In this document: piece by piece, positions 16,620-24,663 of the stretch
How positions within the stretch are numbered: the first letter of the stretch is position 1
Layout: each line of letters begins with the position of its first letter
The notes under the pieces: generated by a model
The model's input: the letters and a program-made list of their open reading frames with translations, nothing else
Told to the model about the DNA's origin: nothing
Databases searched by the model: none
Program-made: the position numbers and the translations under genes
Sequence record: NC_074634.1
DNA: 26,097 bases
Strand: one strand, 5' to 3'

Positions 16620-17819
16620 ATGTCCTACGTAAGCAAATATTCCATAATTAGATCAGCAGATTGGAATCAAATTGTACAAACTTTACAATTAATTAATAGT
16701 ATGTGGCAACAAACATTAAGTGCGATACAACAACTTACAAATATAAATGCACAAGTAAACTATCCAAATTATCAAACACAAGAACAAAATGCAATAAATA
16801 TAATACAAAATCTTTTTAATTATTTGCAAAATCCAACAATAACAACTCCAACCCCAAATATTCCAACTGCAAGTCCCGGAATGATTTTAACTGCAAGCAT
16901 GATGAATTCTTTGACAAATGCAGTGCAAAAATTGTACAATTCAATAATGCCAACGCCTTTAACAGAAATTTCAGAGGTTTCAGGTGAAGATATCGTAACT
17001 TCAGATCATTGGAATAAAATCGTTAAAGCAATAAATGAATTAAAAAATGCATTTAGCGTAATAAATGTACCGTCACAAGGGGGTCAATTTTACCTAACGT
17101 CACCGTATGTATTTATAGACCCTGGAGTGGCAGGACTTGTAATCACTGCAGAAGTTCTTGTTAAAAATCATATTTTATACATATTTGTATATACCCCACA
17201 AGCAAAATCAAATATATGGTATGAATTTGTTGGATTAGAAAAAATAGATAATATTTTCGCCGGCGGGAATAATGCAAACTTTAACATTACAGAATCCATA
17301 AAAATACGAAATATGTATCTGTATGGGGATTCTGGCTTTATAAAACAATACGATAATTCAATAACTGAAAATATAATGACTGTTGGTTCCCAAAACTATG
17401 TTGAAACAATTAATAATTCAATTGCAAAAAGTGTATTAATGATTGGGGATAAAGGAAATATACAATCATTCGACTATTCAATAATTGAAAATATAATAAT
17501 GGTTGGATATTCAACTGATATTGAGCCATGTAATAATTCAATAATAAAAAGAATATTAATGATTGGGAATTCCGGCACTATAAGACCAATTGATTATTCA
17601 ATAATTGAAAATGCAATAATTGATGGAAATAACAATTCTGTAAATACATATGATTCCTCAGTAATCCAAAATCTTTTCATATGTGGCGAACAAAATTCAA
17701 TCTCAGGATCTGGTATTGTAAATCTCTATTTATGTAATCCAAACAATAATGTCGGTAGTGGAGTACAAAATATAATAACAGGTTCTCCATTATGCCAGAT
17801 TATCTGTGGTTCAAGTTGA
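16620..17819 (+). CDS. Putative fibre/spike protein with C-terminal beta-solenoid (399 aa)
   Basis: Three WN/MN modules in the N-terminal region and 20-aa tandem repeats at the C-terminus. ATG 16620 lies just after the ORF1115 stop. Confidence 0.75.
   Translation: MSYVSKYSIIRSADWNQIVQTLQLINSMWQQTLSAIQQLTNINAQVNYPNYQTQEQNAINIIQNLFNYLQNPTITTPTPNIPTASPGMILTASMMNSLTNAVQKLYNSIMPTPLTEISEVSGEDIVTSDHWNKIVKAINELKNAFSVINVPSQGGQFYLTSPYVFIDPGVAGLVITAEVLVKNHILYIFVYTPQAKSNIWYEFVGLEKIDNIFAGGNNANFNITESIKIRNMYLYGDSGFIKQYDNSITENIMTVGSQNYVETINNSIAKSVLMIGDKGNIQSFDYSIIENIIMVGYSTDIEPCNNSIIKRILMIGNSGTIRPIDYSIIENAIIDGNNNSVNTYDSSVIQNLFICGEQNSISGSGIVNLYLCNPNNNVGSGVQNIITGSPLCQIICGSS
17295..17714 (+). repeat. Seven 60-bp (20-aa) coding tandem repeats
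   Basis: Units start at 17295, 17355, 17415, 17475, 17535, 17595 and 17655, with consensus [NY]SIIxNIxMxG. Confidence 0.85.
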
Positions 17820-17825
17820 TCAAAT

Positions 17826-17849
17826 ATTCATATAATCAATATTATGAAT
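17826..17849. promoter_or_regulatory. Palindrome ATTCATA-N10-TATGAAT (copy D)
   Basis: Perfect arms, 50 nt upstream of the methyltransferase ATG, with TATA-like CTTTTAAAA between them. Confidence 0.7.
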
Positions 17850-17898
17850 ATGCAAATTGATTGTTTGCTTTTAAAACGTCCACACTAGGAATTAAAAT

Positions 17899-18369
17899 AT
17901 GCTGGATAAATACTTCCACGACTTGGAATGCGACTATTGGAGAGAATATCCAAATGCATATGGACTTTTAAATCCTTACAACAAAACGATACAAATTGTA
18001 GGGGCAGACTGTGGTTCTTCAGCTTTGTATTTTTTGCTTAGAGGCGCAAAATATGTAATTCAATATGAAAAAGAGCAACATTTAAGAGAAAAATGGAAAG
18101 AAGTATGCGCTAAATTTTCAATTTGTAACAAAGCAGAAATGAGATCAGAATGGAATGGGCAATATGACAACGTAGACATTTTCATTATTGATTGCGAAGG
18201 ATGTGAAGAAATCCTAGATGTTTCTCAGCTTAGAAAATATGAGCAATATTGTATTGCCATTCACGACTGGACAAAAAATCGTATTGATCTGTTGCGGAAA
18301 CTTCAAGGTCTGACGTTTGCATATGTGACTGATGACGGTAGAGAAATTGTATTATGCAAAACTAGGTGA
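17899..18369 (+). CDS. SAM-dependent methyltransferase (FkbM-like; SIRV ORF158-like)
   Basis: IVGADCGSSALYF (motif I), VIQYEK (motif II) and IIDCEGCE. Confidence 0.85.
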   Translation: MLDKYFHDLECDYWREYPNAYGLLNPYNKTIQIVGADCGSSALYFLLRGAKYVIQYEKEQHLREKWKEVCAKFSICNKAEMRSEWNGQYDNVDIFIIDCEGCEEILDVSQLRKYEQYCIAIHDWTKNRIDLLRKLQGLTFAYVTDDGREIVLCKTR

Positions 18370-18375
18370 GACAAA

Positions 18376-18966
18376 ATGAAAATCTTTACATTTTGCGGGA
18401 ATTGTAAATATTTAGATGAATTGGATTTTGACTACGTGATCGTAGATAAAACATACAACGACATTACGCCAGAACAGGTAGAGAAATATAAAGATAAGAT
18501 AATTTGGAATGAAACAAATTCTAACGACAGACAAACAAGAATTGCGAAAAATATACTAAAGGCATTAGAAATTGCAAAAAATTTAAATGACGATAAATTT
18601 GCAATTTTAGACAGTGATATTATTATGCCTAGAGTTAGACAAATACTAGCAATTTCGCTAATCCTTACTCCATGTTATCCGCTTTATTATGATTGGGCTG
18701 ACGAAATTAGGCCATTTTGCTCAGGTACGAATTACATATTTTCAAAACAACACATTAACATATTAGAAAATGTATTTTTACAGTTTATCAACAACAGAGA
18801 TAAAATTACTGAAAAAGTTGATATATTTGTTCACGACAGGATACCGCATCTTAACGCCTTTATTCCGCCGGTTTCTCATTATATAAAAGGAGAGAAAGTA
18901 ACATATACAATTGGCAATTTGAACCTTATCAGAAAACATATTCCAGAACTTGTCTTGGTGTTTTGA
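18376..18966 (+). CDS. Putative GT-A fold glycosyltransferase
   Basis: FAILDSDII DxD motif; lies between the methyltransferase and a GT-B gene. Confidence 0.65.
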   Translation: MKIFTFCGNCKYLDELDFDYVIVDKTYNDITPEQVEKYKDKIIWNETNSNDRQTRIAKNILKALEIAKNLNDDKFAILDSDIIMPRVRQILAISLILTPCYPLYYDWADEIRPFCSGTNYIFSKQHINILENVFLQFINNRDKITEKVDIFVHDRIPHLNAFIPPVSHYIKGEKVTYTIGNLNLIRKHIPELVLVF

Positions 18967-18967
18967 C

Positions 18968-20023
18968 TTGATAATTTACTACGTTTATCCAATGCACCAT
19001 GACGTTAGCTTCAAATTTGTTGCACAAGAACATATCAAAATGCTAAAATCAAAATATACTGTCTACGATATCCCAGAATTGAATTTTTATCAATTTACGC
19101 CATACGGGAAACCGCTGACTTTCATCCACCCTTTTTTCTATGGAATGTTGAATTGGTCTGACATACAATGGTCATTTTTCAAAATGTATAGATCAAAAGT
19201 ATCAAAAGTCATTGGTGTTGAAGTTGCCGACAGTGATAGGATAGCAGAAAAGTACATTGGCATTGCAAATTCCTGGGCTGACACATTAGTTGTAAATTCC
19301 AAATGGTCTTATGACGCTTACATAAATTCATGCTTAAAAATTCCAATTTATATAGTCCCGCACAATTACGATCCAAAACTTGAAGTTGACGATAAGCAAC
19401 TTAAAGTTTCGCCAGAGATCAAAAAAATCGAAGAGATAAAAAACGAAAAAAAGATAAAGATCATCTTATTCTTCTCCTGGCATAGTGCTTACAGAAAGGG
19501 AGACGATTTATTTCAAAAGATAGCAAGACAAATACAAAAAGAAAGAAATGACGTTTACTTTATTGTAAAAAGTGCAACCCCAAGACAAGATTTAATGGAT
19601 TTGAGGCTTTTTAATATAACTGGGGTAATCCCATTTGACGATATCGTCAAACTGTATAGAGTTGCGGATCTTTTGCTTTTGCCGTCAAGAGGCGGATCAT
19701 TTGAGCTTAACGGTCTTGAGGCTTTAGTCTCCGGCATTCCAGTTATTGCGTCAGATGAAGGACCATGGGTTGAATATTTCCCACCGTCACTGAGACATTT
19801 CCTAGCTAAAACTGTAAATCATCCAATCGTTTTACCTAATAATCCAATTCATATTGGCAAAGGTGTAGAAATTTCAGTAGAAGATGCGGTAGAGAAAGCG
19901 CTTAGGATTTTGGACAATATAGAAGAAGAAAAAGCAAAAGTGAGAAATGAAATTGAGTTTTTTCGTAAAAATTATAGTTTTGAAGCAGTAAAAAGAAAAT
20001 TACTTAATGTAGTCGAAAATTGA
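18968..20023 (+). CDS. Glycosyltransferase, GT-B fold (SIRV ORF356-like)
   Basis: YYVYPMHHDVSF N-terminus, RKG, and LPSRGGSFELNGLEALVSGIPVI. Probable TTG start at 18968, 8 nt after GGTG. Confidence 0.92.
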   Translation: MIIYYVYPMHHDVSFKFVAQEHIKMLKSKYTVYDIPELNFYQFTPYGKPLTFIHPFFYGMLNWSDIQWSFFKMYRSKVSKVIGVEVADSDRIAEKYIGIANSWADTLVVNSKWSYDAYINSCLKIPIYIVPHNYDPKLEVDDKQLKVSPEIKKIEEIKNEKKIKIILFFSWHSAYRKGDDLFQKIARQIQKERNDVYFIVKSATPRQDLMDLRLFNITGVIPFDDIVKLYRVADLLLLPSRGGSFELNGLEALVSGIPVIASDEGPWVEYFPPSLRHFLAKTVNHPIVLPNNPIHIGKGVEISVEDAVEKALRILDNIEEEKAKVRNEIEFFRKNYSFEAVKRKLLNVVEN

Positions 20024-20632
20024 TTTATTTTTTTGCATCAAATATTTGTAAATTTCATCAAACATTTTCCTAACTTTATCAGGGTCGTAGAAATATCTGC
20101 GCTTTTCCATGAAATAACCGCCGACATCCAGTGCGGGAAATTGGTATCTTACTACAACTTTGAGATCATTCCAATTTGAAGCCCCCAAATACCATGCTTT
20201 GTCTGGTTCAACTCTCCTAAAAAATTCGGGAAGACTGTAATCGTGAAGTCCAGGTGTTGCTGAGTAACCATAAAAATATTTGAATCCATGCTCTTTCAAT
20301 TGGTCTACAATTTCCAAATCGGGGTCTAATGAATGAATTGGTACAATAAAAATTATCCTACGGAGGACATCCAAATTTGCAATTTTTTCAACTTTTGGTA
20401 AAGGAGTATAATCGGGATATAGCGCAATCTTAATCTCTCTAATTTTTTTAATTAAAAGTTTAACATATTGGACATAAGCATATTGTCCGCCATGAATTAA
20501 AAATTCTTTATCGTCAAAAAATTCTGGATAAATGTACATATTTGGATAGCGAATATTATATTTTCTCATAGTATTAATATGTGGACCTTTCGCCACCCCA
20601 ACTATTGGATAAGTTTGAGACATACCACACAT
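20000..20632 (-). CDS. TIM-barrel protein, TGT/DpdA-like (DUF6610-like)
   Basis: Ordered motifs FFDD, IALYPDY, IFIVPIH, YGYS, WYLGAS and ALDVGG follow the strand-end pattern of TGT-fold proteins. Recognised by eye only. Confidence 0.55.
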   Translation of the reverse strand: MCGMSQTYPIVGVAKGPHINTMRKYNIRYPNMYIYPEFFDDKEFLIHGGQYAYVQYVKLLIKKIREIKIALYPDYTPLPKVEKIANLDVLRRIIFIVPIHSLDPDLEIVDQLKEHGFKYFYGYSATPGLHDYSLPEFFRRVEPDKAWYLGASNWNDLKVVVRYQFPALDVGGYFMEKRRYFYDPDKVRKMFDEIYKYLMQKNKSIFDYIK

Positions 20633-21886
20633 TCACTCTGGCGGTATTTCTTTAAATATTTCATCAAGTTGCACACCTTGCATTTTTCTAATGACGTATG
20701 TCAGTATTCCAACAATTGGCGGTATAAATATCGTTGCAATATCAAAATATAGATTTCCAGTAAACATTTCTGACCTAAATTGTAAATTTGTAAATGAAGA
20801 ATATAAAACCATAGTTGCACTAAAGACCAACACGATTGCAGACAATACCGCAGTCGGCAAAATTCTTCTATCTTCCTTTACAAATTTCAAACTTGCAAAT
20901 GCAACAATTAGATAATTCCAAAATATAAACCATAGGTCATCAACAATCAAACTAACGTGAAAGCCCAGATAATTTTCTACAAAGTTGAAAATTTCTGCAA
21001 TTCCAAAACTAAGTAAAATTGAATTTGTTGGCGTTCCGCCTTTAACATTTGCTAAGAAAGCGGGCAAGACTCTATCAAACGATAGCGCAAACATGACTCT
21101 AGTTGTCGCCCCTGCATTTATCATAGCATATAGCAAATACCATGTTAATGCAGATAATGCAACAATTTCTAATTCTAGATTTACGCCGACTATAACTATT
21201 AAAATTGCAAATATCGCAGTAACGGTATATGCAATAAAATATCCTGCAAGTAAGCTTTTGCCAATTTTTTGCATTTCTCCCGCAAAATATGATGGGGAAT
21301 TTATAAATGCGTAAAGCATCATTACAAAAAGCGCAGTCATAGTGAGAGTATTTGTATTTATCTCAAGTTGTGTAGGTAAAACTGCATGATTTAAATTAGT
21401 CACAATCATAATTATAATACCAAGAATCTGAAATGCCACTAATGCGACAACTGCTTTCGCATAATATTTCACTTTTGACGCTAACAAATAGATTATTCCA
21501 ATATAAACTGTCGTAATTAAGAAAAGATCTAAATTTGACAAATTAAATCGCATAAATTCTAAAGACGCTAGGACTGGCATAGACAACCAAAATGATGTTA
21601 GGACCGCCATACCGCTAATTGTCCCTACAATTCCTCCAAAAGCTCTTGCAACATAAACATAATCTCCAGTAGACCTTGGGATTATTCTGTTCAACAAATA
21701 GTAGTTTAGCATTAGTGGAATACCTAAAATTGTCGCTAAAAGAATTGATAAAAACGCGTTAGCGTGAATGAGAAATAAAACGTAGGAAACTGCCCCCGCA
21801 GGTCCTAAAAAAGCGAAATTTAAGGAAAAAACATCTATTGGCTTAAATTCCTTTATTAACCCAGTTGACTGCCTTAAGAATTTCAT
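20633..21886 (-). CDS. APC-superfamily amino acid/polyamine permease (about 11-12 TM)
   Basis: FLRQSTGLIKEF..FSLNFAFLGP, PRSTGDYVYVARAFG and RVMFALSFDRVLPAFLANV are APC signatures; multiple hydrophobic segments. Confidence 0.9.
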   Translation of the reverse strand: MKFLRQSTGLIKEFKPIDVFSLNFAFLGPAGAVSYVLFLIHANAFLSILLATILGIPLMLNYYLLNRIIPRSTGDYVYVARAFGGIVGTISGMAVLTSFWLSMPVLASLEFMRFNLSNLDLFLITTVYIGIIYLLASKVKYYAKAVVALVAFQILGIIIMIVTNLNHAVLPTQLEINTNTLTMTALFVMMLYAFINSPSYFAGEMQKIGKSLLAGYFIAYTVTAIFAILIVIVGVNLELEIVALSALTWYLLYAMINAGATTRVMFALSFDRVLPAFLANVKGGTPTNSILLSFGIAEIFNFVENYLGFHVSLIVDDLWFIFWNYLIVAFASLKFVKEDRRILPTAVLSAIVLVFSATMVLYSSFTNLQFRSEMFTGNLYFDIATIFIPPIVGILTYVIRKMQGVQLDEIFKEIPPE

Positions 21887-21904
21887 ACCAATTTAACCAA
21901 CCGC

Positions 21905-21921
21905 TGACTACATTTTTAAAT
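21905..21921 (-). promoter_or_regulatory. Conserved TATA-GTC promoter for the permease operon, overlapping the tfb stop codon
   Basis: - strand reads ATTTAAAAATGTAGTCA, about 30 nt upstream of ATG 21886. Confidence 0.65.
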
Positions 21922-22720
21922 TTAAAATTTTTGCATTTTTCCTAAGCCCCGCCCCAGTGACCCCGCATTTTTCTTCAATCATTGGCTGGGTTATAAGGTA
22001 TCCACTTTGTTTAGCTAAATAATATAAAATTGTACATGCAACAGTTTTTGGATTTTTACCCTGGGCTTCAATTTCTTTTGCAATATTAAGCGCTTTTTCA
22101 ATTATCTCAATTGGCAATTCCAGCCTCACTCCACATTCTTTTATATAATCTTCAATTATAAATCGTGGTATTTTTTCATCAAATTCTTTTAATATCCTAA
22201 AATACATACTAACAAATTCCTTTTTTGGGATTCCGAATAATTCATCAACTTTTTTATAATATTCATCAAATGGCATTATAATTTTCAATTTCCTATAAGC
22301 TAAATAAATAGAAACCAAAACAATAATTTCATATCCTAGATATCTTAAATGTTTATTTTTCCATAGCTTTTGTAAAATTCTACCTGCCTCTTGTTTTATT
22401 GCATCATTAGCATTCAATTTTTCAACTGTAGATGATAAAAATCTTAAAGCATGCACTAAAATTCTCTTATTATTTGAATAAATTGCACATTTTTTCATCT
22501 TTTTTGGTTTAATTGCAGTCGTTGGTAGGAAACCTGAATTAACGAAATTGTTTGGGTTTATTGCTTTAGCTCTTGCCCTATCTTCAAACTGCTCAACATT
22601 ATAAGCCCTCCAATCAATACCTTCATCTACAACTCTATCTTCTAGAACTTCTCCAGTTTCAGTGCAAATATATTCGCCTCTCTCTGCATCAAATATGATC
22701 TTATCAGGAGGACAGCTCAT
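21908..22720 (-). CDS. tfb: Transcription initiation factor B homologue
   Basis: N-terminal CPPDKIIFDAERGEYICTETGEVLED..DWRAY closely matches the Sulfolobales TFB1 ribbon/B-reader as recalled; two degenerate cyclin repeats follow. Confidence 0.92.
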   Translation of the reverse strand: MSCPPDKIIFDAERGEYICTETGEVLEDRVVDEGIDWRAYNVEQFEDRARAKAINPNNFVNSGFLPTTAIKPKKMKKCAIYSNNKRILVHALRFLSSTVEKLNANDAIKQEAGRILQKLWKNKHLRYLGYEIIVLVSIYLAYRKLKIIMPFDEYYKKVDELFGIPKKEFVSMYFRILKEFDEKIPRFIIEDYIKECGVRLELPIEIIEKALNIAKEIEAQGKNPKTVACTILYYLAKQSGYLITQPMIEEKCGVTGAGLRKNAKILNLKM

Positions 22721-22782
22721 GAGAAGATCTCAAACCGCCTACATTTTTATTTCTTGCCAAGAACTACAATTTCAAACTTCAT

Positions 22783-22806
22783 ATTCATAATATTATAAAT
22801 ATGCAT
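22783..22806. promoter_or_regulatory. Palindrome copy E upstream of tfb
   Basis: ATTCATA-ATATTATAAA-TATGCAT, 63 nt upstream of the tfb start. Confidence 0.65.
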
Positions 22807-22828
22807 TGTTTGTTCAAATTAAGACAAT

Positions 22829-22883
22829 GTAGAAATAGTATATCAAATGTGAGAAAAATTAACCATAAAAAAAGAGAATTAAC
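22829..22883 (-). repeat. Cassette-boundary repeat R3
   Basis: - strand reads GTTAATTCTCTTTTTTTATGGTTAATTTTTCTCACATTTGATATACTATTTCTAC, starting at the stop codon of the 74-aa ORF. Confidence 0.8.
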
Positions 22884-23103
22884 CGACAATTTGACCCAAA
22901 ATTGGCTCAAGCCATGGTGGAAAGAATAAATGGCAACTGCCATCACTGCACGAATGGCAAGTATCAACATCAATAACGATAATTATTGGCAAAACTCCTG
23001 GATATTTTCTTGAAAATCTCTCAGCCTTTTCTTGGACATAACCGCTTTGAGATTTCAACCATTCTTTGTATTCTTTTTCATCTTTAAATTTTAGAACTTT
23101 CAT
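22879..23103 (-). CDS. Hypothetical protein (74 aa) with a CxxCxxxxCH cluster
   Basis: TCHSCSDGSCH may bind metal. RBS GGTGA upstream. Confidence 0.7.
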   Translation of the reverse strand: MKVLKFKDEKEYKEWLKSQSGYVQEKAERFSRKYPGVLPIIIVIDVDTCHSCSDGSCHLFFPPWLEPILGQIVG

Positions 23104-23112
23104 ACCTTAGCA

Positions 23113-23256
23113 TCACCCATATACGGCTTCTAGGTACCAAAGTAAAGCCTCACATTCATCTTCTGGCAAACTTGCCTCCTCCAAAGCGACAATAGTGTCT
23201 GGGCTATATCCCTCCAAGCCATATCCCTTTTGCTTTAAAAGCTCTAGGCAGTTCAT
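23113..23256 (-). CDS. Small acidic protein (47 aa), absent from the ORF track
   Basis: Reads MNCLELLKQKGYGLEGYSPDTIVALEEASLPEDECEALLWYLEAVYG*. GGTGAG lies 6 nt upstream, its own TGA forms the GGTGA RBS of the next gene, and it fills the gap almost exactly. Confidence 0.75.
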   Translation of the reverse strand: MNCLELLKQKGYGLEGYSPDTIVALEEASLPEDECEALLWYLEAVYG

Positions 23257-23263
23257 TGACAAC

Positions 23264-23599
23264 TCACCTTATTCTTAAGATGTAATAAAGATCATAACCA
23301 ATTTTATTCAACTCTTCTTCAGTTTGGATTACTTGTCCTTCCTCTAACCTTCTCTTCAATACAAATGCAATTGCGTTATCTCCAGGTTTGAAATAAATTG
23401 CAATCCTGCTTGTCTGAACTGGAATTCCCAATAAATTCGATAAAATGTTAGCAGTCGCACTGTGACCGATAGCACTTACAATATTTCCGGCATTATTTAC
23501 GATATCTCTTGCCTCCTTAAAATTTATCTTTTTTATTTGAAATTCTGCTTCCTGCCCTTCAAACGGGACAATTAGGCTATTTAGGAGATACAAGACCAT
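23264..23599 (-). CDS. acrIII-1: AcrIII-1 ring nuclease (DUF1874; cA4-degrading anti-CRISPR)
   Basis: LYLLNSLIVP, SAIGHSATA (catalytic His), SRI and KRRLEEGQV match the DUF1874 / SIRV1 gp29 / STIV B116 family. RBS GGTGAG before ATG 23599. Confidence 0.95.
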   Translation of the reverse strand: MVLYLLNSLIVPFEGQEAEFQIKKINFKEARDIVNNAGNIVSAIGHSATANILSNLLGIPVQTSRIAIYFKPGDNAIAFVLKRRLEEGQVIQTEEELNKIGYDLYYILRIR

Positions 23600-23619
23600 T
23601 CGACTCACCTTAAAATGAA

Positions 23620-23644
23620 CTTGATGACAACATTTTTAAATCTT
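23620..23644 (-). promoter_or_regulatory. acrIII-1 promoter, identical to 1252-1276
   Basis: 25/25 match AAGATTTAAAAATGTTGTCATCAAG. Confidence 0.85.
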
Positions 23645-23648
23645 TAAA

Positions 23649-24491
23649 TCATATAACTCTACAAAATTGCTTTTTCTTACATTCTTCAATTATATCTTCA
23701 AATTTAATATTATCTATTTCATTCGTAAATCCATAATCTTGTAAAATTACTTTATACATATTATCTCCAACAACAAATTCGGAAACTTTATAGAACCATG
23801 CCTTATGCCTGTCAGCATCTAGTTCTAATGCCAACCACCCAATATTTGCCTCCCTCCTACCGTACCAGTAAACTTCTTGCCTACCTCTTGGAATAAATAC
23901 TGCCTTCTCTTTAAGCTTATTGTATAAATCCAAATCTTGATATTCAAAAATGTAAAGACCATGACCTAGAATTCTCCAGTAAATTTCCCATAACGCAAAA
24001 TGATCAATTATATCTGGTAATGACAATATGTTGAAATTACCAATATTGACGACATAAGGATGTGCAATTCCAAATTTTTCAGCAGGAGTTAACTTAGTTG
24101 CTAAATCATTTGCAAAGACTTTATTTAATCTTGTAGTATCCACAGTGTAATAATTATAAAGTATAAGATTATTATTGGAAATTATACCATGAATTGCTAA
24201 TTTATCAAATTTCCATAAAATGTACTCTGTCGCAATCATATCTTGAATTGATGGGGCATCTGGACCTCTTGGGTGGGTATGCAAAATGGCGTGAACAGTT
24301 TCTGGCATGTACTTTTGCAAAGGACTGAGATCTGCACTGCCTTTGTCACCCTGATAATAATCGCTAAACCACTCGCCTAAAACAATTAAATATTCTCTAT
24401 CTGTGGTTTTTGACTTTTGATAAACATCTTTCAAAAAATCTAGGTTTTTAAAAATAGTAAGAACATTATTTCTAACTTTCGATCTGGACAT
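23649..24491 (-). CDS. JAB/MPN+ (JAMM) domain protein with an unknown C-terminal domain (280 aa)
   Basis: Upstream Glu (REY) followed by HTHPRGPDAPSIQD, an exact H-x-H-x7-S-x2-D motif (nt 24240-24281). Confidence 0.8.
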   Translation of the reverse strand: MSRSKVRNNVLTIFKNLDFLKDVYQKSKTTDREYLIVLGEWFSDYYQGDKGSADLSPLQKYMPETVHAILHTHPRGPDAPSIQDMIATEYILWKFDKLAIHGIISNNNLILYNYYTVDTTRLNKVFANDLATKLTPAEKFGIAHPYVVNIGNFNILSLPDIIDHFALWEIYWRILGHGLYIFEYQDLDLYNKLKEKAVFIPRGRQEVYWYGRREANIGWLALELDADRHKAWFYKVSEFVVGDNMYKVILQDYGFTNEIDNIKFEDIIEECKKKQFCRVI

Positions 24492-24556
24492 ATAGCATCA
24501 ATATATTAAGAAGTGATAACATTTATCAAGATTTCACAGAAAATAAGGAGTAGTTG

Positions 24557-24600
24557 TAATAATATCTGGAAAGTGAAAAAAATCAACCAAAAAAATAGAT
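24557..24600 (-). repeat. Degenerate cassette-boundary repeat R5
   Basis: - strand ATCTATTTTTTTGGTTGATTTTTTTCACTTTCCAGATATTATTA aligns with R1, including the CAGATA segment. Confidence 0.6.
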
Positions 24601-24663
24601 AGAGACAAAAGTTGAAAATTAAAAATTAGGAAATTGGAGAAAAGGAAAAAAAGATTAACTTAA

